From Acidobacteriota bacterium (GTDB taxonomy: Bacteria; Acidobacteriota; Thermoanaerobaculia; Gp7-AA8): 64,000 nucleotides of DNA. Shown here piece after piece: positions 1-8,070 of this stretch (position 1 is the first letter of the stretch; each line of letters starts with the position of its first letter). A program made the translations under genes and the position numbers. The notes below the pieces were generated by a model. It was not told the origin of the DNA and searched no databases. It worked only from the letters and a program-made list of their open reading frames with translations. Where the stretch lies: the NCBI GenBank assembly GCA_019244185.1, contig JAFATB010000025.1, positions 1-64,000 of the forward strand, in the 5' to 3' direction.

Positions 1-444
1 GCTGCCGTCGTACTCGTAGTTCCACTTCGTGAGCGCGACCGACGTCGGCGTGACCGGGCGTGGCGCCGGACTCGATTTCGTTTGCGGCGCGACGGGATCC
101 TGCAGCGCGACGGCATCCTCGGCGAGCGCTCCGACCCGCTGGACGAACGCCACGTGCGGATCGTGACGCAACTCCTCGAGACGCTCCGGCGGCAGATAGA
201 TGATCCGCAGATCGCGTTTCGATTCCACCAGCACGCCGCCCAAGCGCGCCAAGTCCGGCTCGCGATTGCCGGGTGCGGCGTTCGCGGGCGCCGCGGTGCC
301 CGCGCCTCGCAAAGCCAGCACGTAAATTCGCATTCCAGGCGGCGCATTCTGCGGGAGCGCGGCAAACGCGCGTCCGCTCATCAGCGCGACGAGCACGGCC
401 AGCAGCAGCAGCGCGAGTCGCGATTCCTTCGCCTTCGTCTTCAC
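1..444 (-). CDS. Partial (runs off window) secreted protein; signal peptide, I9-propeptide-like segment, then YD-repeat-like sequence; probable second part of a split RHS protein
   Basis: Not in ORF track; translated by hand. GTG at 444-442 overlaps the TGA (443-441) of the RHS gene. Open to base 1: MKTKAKESRLALLLLAVLVALMSGRAFAALPQ...ERLEELRHDPHVAFVQRV...TKWNYEYDGS. Confidence 0.75.
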   Translation of the reverse strand, partial: MKTKAKESRLALLLLAVLVALMSGRAFAALPQNAPPGMRIYVLALRGAGTAAPANAAPGNREPDLARLGGVLVESKRDLRIIYLPPERLEELRHDPHVAFVQRVGALAEDAVALQDPVAPQTKSSPAPRPVTPTSVALTKWNYEYDGS

Positions 445-3400
445 TGCACGCCTCCTCGCAGATCCGTCACGTGTACGGCGAGTACCGTTCCGCCCGCGAC
501 CGGCGGCACCGACGTATCCGTCATCGCCGGCAGCCCGAGCGCCGTCCGTGCCTCGGCCAGCGCATTCCGCAGATCCACCATGTGCGCTGCCGATACGTTC
601 ACCCCTGTCAGCGTCGCGGGGGTGAACGTCACCGCCGCCAGACCCGCCGCCGCGCGGACCGCGTTGATTGCGGTGCGCAACTGCAGGATGTGCTGCGCAC
701 GGATGATCGGCATCGGTGCTACGAGCGCGTCGTCGAACATCACCGTCGTTGCGACGTCCGGCGCGCTGGGCGGCGACGCGGTGCCGTTCTTGATCGCGCG
801 CACCCGATAGAGATAGGCACGCGACGACAACGCGGTCGTGTCGGAATACGTCAAACCGGTGGTGCTGCCGATCTTCACAAAGCCCGTGCTCGACGTGCAG
901 TTCACCGTACCCGAGCTGCAGCGTTCAATGTCGAACGAATCGGCGGCCGGAGCATAGCTCCACGACACGGCCACGACGCTGCTGCTCTGCGCCGTCGCCA
1001 CGGCGATCGGAACAGAGACCACGGTCACGCTCACCGCAACGCTATCAGCGTGCGTGTTCGAACAGCCGGTGTGCGACTGATTCGTCACCCGGACCCAGTA
1101 CCGCGTGGTCGTCGTGAGCACACCAGTAGAGAATGTGGCAACCTGCGTCTCCGCGGTCACCGGATTGGTGGTATCTCCCGACTCTCCTTTGTACCACCGG
1201 TACGTCAGAGCATCGCCCGTGGCAACGACCGAGAGCGTCGTCTGCTGATTCGTGTTGATGGTCTGCGGCGCCGGTTGGGTGACGATGCGGGGCAGACAGA
1301 TGTACACCGTTTGCGCCTGGCTATCGGCGTGACAGGTCGTACGCGTTCCGCGTACCCAGTACGAGGTAGTCGTCTTCGGCTGGACGAAGATCGTCGTGCC
1401 GCCGCCCACCGGACTGCTCGTATCCCCTCTTTGTCCGGCGTACCACGCGAACGTCTCCTCAGCGTCTGCGCCCGAAATCGACATCACCACACGATCTCCG
1501 CTGACACCGGTCCGTCCGGGGCTGATCGTGATCTCGTGCGCCGGGCAGACCGACACGGCCACCTGATTACTGTCCACCCACGCGTCGCCGCTCCAGACGC
1601 GTACCCAGTACACAGTGTCCGAGGTGACTGCAGGCGCGTAGGACGGTCCGTCGTTGTCACTGGTACTGACAGGATGCTGATCGTCGGTGCCCGTATACCA
1701 CTTGTATTTCAGGAACGAGCCGCTCGCGGCCACCGACAGCGGATAGGTGTCACCGCTCGTCACTGAACTGCCTACGGGCTGCGTCGTGATGAGAGGCCGG
1801 ATGCTGATCGTGGCCACCGCGCTGTCGACCGAACCGCAACCGTTTGCTACGCGGACCATGTATTTGGTCGTGATGAGGGGATCGATGAGCGTTGACGGAT
1901 CCGCCACGCTCCCGAGTTCGTGAAGCGATCCGTTCTGAAGCACCTCGAACCAGTCGTACGTCAGATCCGTCCCCAATGCGTCGACGCTCAGCCACCGCGG
2001 GAAGTGCGCGACGGTCGTGGTTGACGCCGGATTGAGCCGGATCTTCGGCATCGCACAAACGTTCACCGTCGCAGCGAGGTCGATCGAACACGACTTCGTC
2101 GTCACGCGTACCCAGAAGGCGGTCGTCGCGCTCACCGGCACCTGCAAGCGATTGCTCTGACCGGCATACGCGGCATACGGAGCGTATGCAGCGTCGCCCA
2201 CTGGCTGCGACGTATCGCCCGATTCGCCGACGTACCACTGGTAGCTCAGCGAATTCTGCGACGACGCGTTCACGACCAGATTGGTCACCGGCGAAGCCTG
2301 ATCCTGGTTCCAGGTCAGCGTCGCTGCCTGCGGCGCAGCCTGCACCGCAATGTCGTCGCACGAGATCACGTGCACGGTTGCGCGCACCGTATCCGTCGTG
2401 TCGCAGGCGTTGCTCAGCGTCGCCCAATACTGGGTCGTCCGCGTTGGCGTGACAGTCTTTGTTTTTTCGTGGCCGACGTTCTGCACCGGCTGGGCCTGGT
2501 ACCAATCAATGGTCGACGGCTGCGTCGATCCCGTTTCAAACGACAGCTGATACGCTTGACCGGCGTTCACTTCGGCCGATTTCGGCTGCGTGAGAATCTC
2601 GATCGGACTACAGGTGCCGGAGCCCGCGGCGGCCGTCACCGTCAGCGTCGGGCTGTCCGCGTATTTGCCGCACGGAGAAAACGCGCGAACCCAGAATGTG
2701 CCCGCGCCCACGCCGGGCGTCATTTGGCTCTGGGCGCCGAAATCAGGTTGCAGCGTCGAGATGCCGTTGAGCACTTCATGGTCGGTATTGCCGCTGTCGC
2801 CCATGTACCACTTGAACGTCACGCCATTCCAGGGACTGCTGGCGGTGAAGGTCTTATTGAGCGACGCCGGGACGATTGCCGTCTGATCCAGCGAGAGCAC
2901 CGGTTTCGGGCAGTCGTCTGCCGGGTAGATGAACGTCGCCAGTTCCACGACGCTCGATTTCGCGTTGGTACAGTTATGCCAGACGCGGAGACGTACAGTC
3001 CGCCCATCCCTCACGAAGCCCGTAAAGTTGCTCGCGGACGCGTCGTTCCTCGGCGGGAACACTGTGCCATCGACAGCCCACTCGAAGGTGTACTCGCCTT
3101 CGTGGCCTACGACGGGATTCGCCGTGACATAGAACGTGTCGTGTCCTGCCGGCATCCGAATCACGGGTGGGAATTTCACGTCGAAGTGCGCGGCGTCGGG
3201 AATCGTGCAGACCGGAGTGGTGGCCAGGGTGACGACCTTGACCAGCCGCGTCTGGGGCGCGCTGTCCGCGCAGATGCCCGAGACCTTGACGTATATTCCC
3301 CAGGTGCCGCTCTCATTCACCGCCGGCGTCCACGAGATCGATGGCGTCGTGCCACTGATGCTCACCGTTTGCACGTCGTCGTTGACCCAGTTCTGGCCGT

Positions 3401-6400
3401 TCCACGTCACCTTCTGCCGCCACCAGACATAGGAGACGCCTGTCGACTCTACGTCGACGCTGGCCGTCACCGCGGTCCCCGCCGCCACGGGATAGGCGAC
3501 CACGCGGTAATCGCTGTCGGGCACGACGATCTGCGGCGACTCACAGACGATCGCCTGGACGAGATTGGAGTCGATCACGCACCGGCCCGCGGTAACGCGA
3601 CACCAATAGGTGGTGGTGGAGGTAAGACCCGAGATGGTCAGCTGACTCCCGCCGTCCGCCGTCCGCGTGACGTACTGTGCGTTGACGGGCACGGCGTGGT
3701 CGCGGGTCCCCTCATACCACGTGTACTGCGCACCGCTCTCGCCCGATCTCGCGATAAACACGGCGTTCCCATCCGTCGCCAGCACGTCGACCGGTTGCAG
3801 TGCGATATCCGCGCAATGCGAGACGTTCTCGAACGAGAGCTCCTTCGGCCGGCCCATCCCCTCCTCCGGCACCTGCCGGTCGACGATGTCGTTCGCATGC
3901 GTCCGGCTGGTCCACAGCCCCTCGGGGCCATAGGCAATGTCATCGATGTATCCGGGAACGGTCTTCAAACGTCCCGCGTCGTGGGTAGCCGAAATGGCCA
4001 CGACGTCCGACATTCCGCAGACGCCTCCGGTGCATTCGGGGTAGGTGGTTTTCTTCACGAGGCCGAGGTCGTCGTAGTCGATGCTCTGGTCGAGCTTCGG
4101 CATGAGCGCCTCGCCGGTCGCCGCATCCGTGATTTCGGTCGTACGCGCGTTCGGACGGCCGCCGGCGTCGTAGCTATACGACTCCTTGACGACGATGGTC
4201 GATTGGTTGGACGCATCGTTGTAACGAGTGGCGGTATTCAGCCGGCCGTTGTTTGCGTCGAATTGAAAACTCTTCACGTCGGCGCCGGCAGTGACGGCGT
4301 CACAAGCACCGCTGCATCGCTTCACGTTGACGAGATGCTCCGCGGCGTCATAGGTATTGCGGACGTCGAACTCCGTTCCCGCCGCATCGCTCGAGAGCAC
4401 ATGACCGCGCGCGTCGTAGCGATAGCTGGTCGTGCCGCTCTCGGGATGGGTCTCCTGGGTCAGGAATCCTCGGTGGTCGTAGACGAATGTCCGTTGCTGC
4501 GGCGTCGCTCCCGCGGAGGGATACATCCTCACGCCCGACAAGCGGTTTCCGATGTCATAGTCATATTCCGTCCGGATTTCTCCCGCGGTCGCGGACGGCT
4601 TTTCGACGACTGCGCGGAGACGGCCGAAATTGTCGTATTCCTCGCGAACTTCCGCTTCCGTTTCGGCGCTGTTCGGCGTCGTATCGGTACGCACCGTCGA
4701 CTTGCGCTTGATGACACGCACGCCGAGGTAGGTCGTCGAATGGACGGCCTGATCGGGCGTCGTGACTGTCTGTGGCCGGCCGAAAGGATCGTACTCGTAG
4801 GTCGTGGAGAGGCCGGTCGCCGACGCGGACGCAACGGGAGCATGCGCATGGTGAAGGCGGCCCATCAGGTCGTAATCGGTCTTGCGATAACTCCACTGCC
4901 CATCGGGCATCAGCTCTTTTTGAACGGTGAGCCGCCCCAGACCATCGAAGGAATAGTGGACTTCACGAGACGACGGAGAAGTCCCCTGAGTCATGTCCAC
5001 CGCGGCCGGTGAGCTCGAGAGATCGTACGTGTAATGCAGGCAAGACTGCGCCGGCGCGCACACTTGCTTCAGCCGGCTGAGCGCGTCATACGCGTACGTG
5101 GTCACAAGGCCGGCGGTATCGCGGGAGGCGGAAGCAAGTCCGGTCGAGGCATCGATCGTCAGGTCGAGCGACTTGTACACCAGCGGCGCCGGAGTGGCAG
5201 ACGACACATTGACCCATTGCGAACTCGTAATCGAGCCGAAGGCGTACTGATGGCTCAGGCGAAACTCCGGCCGTTGCGGCAGCGGCATGGCCGCGAGCGA
5301 CGGGGCAAGATCAGCGTTCAGAGTTTGAACGTCGCCACCATAAAAGTCTTCATCAGTGACGTTGCCGGAGCTGTCGAAGGTATTGACCTTCAGGAGATCG
5401 TGTGCCCCGCGCGCGCCGCCTGCCCACGTGCGTTCGCGCCGAAGGGCGCCGGTTGCGGGATTGAAATCCGTTTCGACCGTCGCGGTATCGGTGACCGTCT
5501 GCGGATTGACCTCCCCGAGGACCGCGGACGCCGTGACCGTACGGCGAGGGTACGTGTTCAACAGCCACGCGGCTGCCGTCGACGGCATCGTGAAGGTCGT
5601 GGTGCTGGGCGCATTGGGGTCGACGATCGTGTAGGTGCCGGCGCCCAGGTTGTAGTCCGTCGTTTCCGTGCGTTGCTCGGAATGTGACGGCGCGGTATTG
5701 AACGAGCCGGTGATCGTTTGCTGACGATAGTGCCCGAGGCCATCGAAGGATGTCAGGTGCGTATCGATGTAGCTGCCGGACGGCGCGGCTTCCGTGTCGT
5801 CGGCGAACACGGTGCTCGTCGAGACGACGCGCTGATTGCGCTCGCGAAAGCAGCCGTCGTCGAAGGGATTACAGCCGCTCCATTGATCGTACTCGTAGCG
5901 GACGTACGATTTTCGCAGTACGTTTCCGCCGTAGAGGGTCTGACTGGAAAGAAACCGCCGCGTCGTGGGGTCGTTCGAGTCGGCGACTGCCCGGTTGTAC
6001 GGCAAAGCGTACTCCGCGGGGATCTGACCGTCGTCGTTGAAGTAATACTTGATCGTCGTCTGAGCGGGATCCGTGACGCTCGTGACACCAGCGGTGGGAT
6101 CGTCGACGCTATAGGTCCAGACGCCGAGCGACGTTCCGCCGGCGTCGACGAGCTCGCGCGTTTTCACGCCGGCCACCAATTCTCCACCGCCGGCAAAGGA
6201 CTGATAGGTCCACTTCAGCTTGCCCTTGGTCGGTAAGGTGAGGCTCATCAGCGCACCGGCATCTTCGTTGTCGAGCGGTGGCGCCGGCAGGTCCTCGCAG
6301 GGAGAGCCGGCGAACGTCGACATCGTCCATGACTGGTTCACGCCGTCGCCGGTCACCGTCAGCTTCTCGAGGATCGGCGCGTGCGTGTCGTCGGAGCTGT

Positions 6401-7283
6401 TCGGATGGTCGTCCGCACAGGGGCGTTGCAGCAAGGTTCCCGCGCTGGACGGCTCGCCCTCGTACGTGAATGCGTACGTGACGATGCCACCGTTGAAGCT
6501 CGTCAACTCGACGGATGAGACGACCGTATGCTTTGCGATCGTTTTGTAGTGGATTTCATGATGGCGATTGGCGGAATCGTCGAGCGTGGTCGTCATCCCG
6601 TCATAGCCGACCGTCAAGGCGTTATTGAAGCGATCGTTGATCGCGGTCAGCCGGCCCAGCGTGTCGAACGATTGAATCGTTCCATCCGCGAACTCGAGAG
6701 TGGCCGTGTTCGACGTCGGCATTTCGTGAAGCCGGAGGTACATGCCGTCACGCGAATAATAGTAATTCGGCACGGAAGCCTCGCCGTCGTGCAAGGTCGG
6801 ATAGAGCGTATGCAGGCTGCCGTCGGGCGCCTCATAGATCCAGTGGGCGGTCAGGTATGCGTTGGGCGTGGACGGCTGCAGCCGCCCCAGCGACAGATTC
6901 CATCCGACGCCGGCGCTGCGGACGATCAGCCGGGCGACGGTGTGGCAGGCGGTCGGATCCAGCGCCGGCTCGACATACAGCGGATCATCACCGTCTTCGC
7001 GGTCGATGCCGTCCGTGATCGAGCACATCTCCTTGTAGCGCCACGGACTGCCGCTGTAGATCAACTTCAGGCCGTACGAAAGGCCGCCACCAACCCTGTA
7101 GCTCTGCCCGATCGGCAATTCCGCCAGAAGATTGCCGGAAAAGAAATTGACATGATCGATGTCGCCCATCGCCAGCACGCGATCCGGCGCAAAGCCCGAC
7201 TCGCGCATCGGATACTCCTGCGCGAGGAGCGCGCGCGCGGCGAGAAGGGCGGCCAATGCTGCGACGAAAAGACTCCGCCTCAC
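441..7283 (-). CDS. Large secreted RHS/YD-repeat protein with C-terminal Ig-like repeats, FN3 domain and helical His-repeat tail
   Basis: 2280 aa; signal peptide (MRRSLFVAALAALLAARALLA); N-terminal DHVNFFSGNL motif; many YD repeats (YAYDALSRL, YEYDPFGRP, YRYDARGHV); ~10 repeats of ITxQP...YxWYxGxSGDT...TTxYWVRV; FN3-like VSWS...YLYRVRA. Confidence 0.9.
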   Translation of the reverse strand: MRRSLFVAALAALLAARALLAQEYPMRESGFAPDRVLAMGDIDHVNFFSGNLLAELPIGQSYRVGGGLSYGLKLIYSGSPWRYKEMCSITDGIDREDGDDPLYVEPALDPTACHTVARLIVRSAGVGWNLSLGRLQPSTPNAYLTAHWIYEAPDGSLHTLYPTLHDGEASVPNYYYSRDGMYLRLHEMPTSNTATLEFADGTIQSFDTLGRLTAINDRFNNALTVGYDGMTTTLDDSANRHHEIHYKTIAKHTVVSSVELTSFNGGIVTYAFTYEGEPSSAGTLLQRPCADDHPNSSDDTHAPILEKLTVTGDGVNQSWTMSTFAGSPCEDLPAPPLDNEDAGALMSLTLPTKGKLKWTYQSFAGGGELVAGVKTRELVDAGGTSLGVWTYSVDDPTAGVTSVTDPAQTTIKYYFNDDGQIPAEYALPYNRAVADSNDPTTRRFLSSQTLYGGNVLRKSYVRYEYDQWSGCNPFDDGCFRERNQRVVSTSTVFADDTEAAPSGSYIDTHLTSFDGLGHYRQQTITGSFNTAPSHSEQRTETTDYNLGAGTYTIVDPNAPSTTTFTMPSTAAAWLLNTYPRRTVTASAVLGEVNPQTVTDTATVETDFNPATGALRRERTWAGGARGAHDLLKVNTFDSSGNVTDEDFYGGDVQTLNADLAPSLAAMPLPQRPEFRLSHQYAFGSITSSQWVNVSSATPAPLVYKSLDLTIDASTGLASASRDTAGLVTTYAYDALSRLKQVCAPAQSCLHYTYDLSSSPAAVDMTQGTSPSSREVHYSFDGLGRLTVQKELMPDGQWSYRKTDYDLMGRLHHAHAPVASASATGLSTTYEYDPFGRPQTVTTPDQAVHSTTYLGVRVIKRKSTVRTDTTPNSAETEAEVREEYDNFGRLRAVVEKPSATAGEIRTEYDYDIGNRLSGVRMYPSAGATPQQRTFVYDHRGFLTQETHPESGTTSYRYDARGHVLSSDAAGTEFDVRNTYDAAEHLVNVKRCSGACDAVTAGADVKSFQFDANNGRLNTATRYNDASNQSTIVVKESYSYDAGGRPNARTTEITDAATGEALMPKLDQSIDYDDLGLVKKTTYPECTGGVCGMSDVVAISATHDAGRLKTVPGYIDDIAYGPEGLWTSRTHANDIVDRQVPEEGMGRPKELSFENVSHCADIALQPVDVLATDGNAVFIARSGESGAQYTWYEGTRDHAVPVNAQYVTRTADGGSQLTISGLTSTTTYWCRVTAGRCVIDSNLVQAIVCESPQIVVPDSDYRVVAYPVAAGTAVTASVDVESTGVSYVWWRQKVTWNGQNWVNDDVQTVSISGTTPSISWTPAVNESGTWGIYVKVSGICADSAPQTRLVKVVTLATTPVCTIPDAAHFDVKFPPVIRMPAGHDTFYVTANPVVGHEGEYTFEWAVDGTVFPPRNDASASNFTGFVRDGRTVRLRVWHNCTNAKSSVVELATFIYPADDCPKPVLSLDQTAIVPASLNKTFTASSPWNGVTFKWYMGDSGNTDHEVLNGISTLQPDFGAQSQMTPGVGAGTFWVRAFSPCGKYADSPTLTVTAAAGSGTCSPIEILTQPKSAEVNAGQAYQLSFETGSTQPSTIDWYQAQPVQNVGHEKTKTVTPTRTTQYWATLSNACDTTDTVRATVHVISCDDIAVQAAPQAATLTWNQDQASPVTNLVVNASSQNSLSYQWYVGESGDTSQPVGDAAYAPYAAYAGQSNRLQVPVSATTAFWVRVTTKSCSIDLAATVNVCAMPKIRLNPASTTTVAHFPRWLSVDALGTDLTYDWFEVLQNGSLHELGSVADPSTLIDPLITTKYMVRVANGCGSVDSAVATISIRPLITTQPVGSSVTSGDTYPLSVAASGSFLKYKWYTGTDDQHPVSTSDNDGPSYAPAVTSDTVYWVRVWSGDAWVDSNQVAVSVCPAHEITISPGRTGVSGDRVVMSISGADAEETFAWYAGQRGDTSSPVGGGTTIFVQPKTTTSYWVRGTRTTCHADSQAQTVYICLPRIVTQPAPQTINTNQQTTLSVVATGDALTYRWYKGESGDTTNPVTAETQVATFSTGVLTTTTRYWVRVTNQSHTGCSNTHADSVAVSVTVVSVPIAVATAQSSSVVAVSWSYAPAADSFDIERCSSGTVNCTSSTGFVKIGSTTGLTYSDTTALSSRAYLYRVRAIKNGTASPPSAPDVATTVMFDDALVAPMPIIRAQHILQLRTAINAVRAAAGLAAVTFTPATLTGVNVSAAHMVDLRNALAEARTALGLPAMTDTSVPPVAGGTVLAVHVTDLRGGVQ

Positions 7284-7981
7284 TGGTTGCCTCCCACACG
7301 CACGACGGCATAGTCGAGCGTATCGGTGTTCACCGCGATCACGACGTCGCCCGTTTGCAGCGCCGTCAAGGCCGGCGTCGCGCCGGTCACCGCCTCCATT
7401 GCGCTGACACTGACCGCTCCTTCCGCTTCCTCGCGACGCAGTCGGCGCCAGGTGCCGACGCCCGGCCGGACGACGATGAAATCGAGCTCATCACCTTCTG
7501 CATCGAGTTGCACCGCCGCCGCCGCGGCACTGAGCGTCGTGCTCAGTTGCGGAAATGAACGCTCGTATCCAACGCGGGCAACAGGCTCAGATGGCACCCG
7601 CACGCCCCAGTCCCCATGCGTCAGATCGACGGCAATGGTCAGCGACTGGTTCGGCGGAGTGTGCAGGACGGTCTGCGACGGATTTTCGATTGGCCGCGGC
7701 TGCACCAGCGACACGGGATCGAAGATGTAGACGATGCCGTCCTGATTGACGTCGGTGCGGCGACAGAAGCGCATCCTGCTCTGCCACACCATGCGGCCGG
7801 CATTCAGTTCGCCGCGGACGTCCGGCACGATGACGTAGGAAACGGCGACGACGGAATCGCCGGGAGGCAGATTTCCGACGGCCAGACGGCTGCCGTCGGC
7901 GTCGATCGTCAGCGTTGCCGCGGCGTGAAGCGACAGCGGCAATGCCAGCAGAATGAGGACAGTAAGAGTGCGAATGCGCAA
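7280..7981 (-). CDS. Secreted hypothetical protein, accessory to RHS gene
   Basis: 233 aa; signal peptide ending LHA-A; TTG start with GGGAG upstream; stop overlaps the GTG of the RHS gene (GTGA). Confidence 0.75.
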   Translation of the reverse strand: MRIRTLTVLILLALPLSLHAAATLTIDADGSRLAVGNLPPGDSVVAVSYVIVPDVRGELNAGRMVWQSRMRFCRRTDVNQDGIVYIFDPVSLVQPRPIENPSQTVLHTPPNQSLTIAVDLTHGDWGVRVPSEPVARVGYERSFPQLSTTLSAAAAAVQLDAEGDELDFIVVRPGVGTWRRLRREEAEGAVSVSAMEAVTGATPALTALQTGDVVIAVNTDTLDYAVVRVGGNQ

Positions 7982-8070
7982 AGGAAACTCCCGTCGGCAA
8001 ATCGTGATTCGTCAAGCGCCGCGGACGAGCACGTCCGCCGGCGCCGCGACTCTCTGTAGCGTGGACGCGC

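Noticed and set aside
441-444. Frameshift or pseudogenisation explaining the RHS break
   Set aside because: Both genes are intact, the shell is followed by ~1100 aa of coherent domains, and the downstream gene has its own signal peptide and SD (GAGGAGG).
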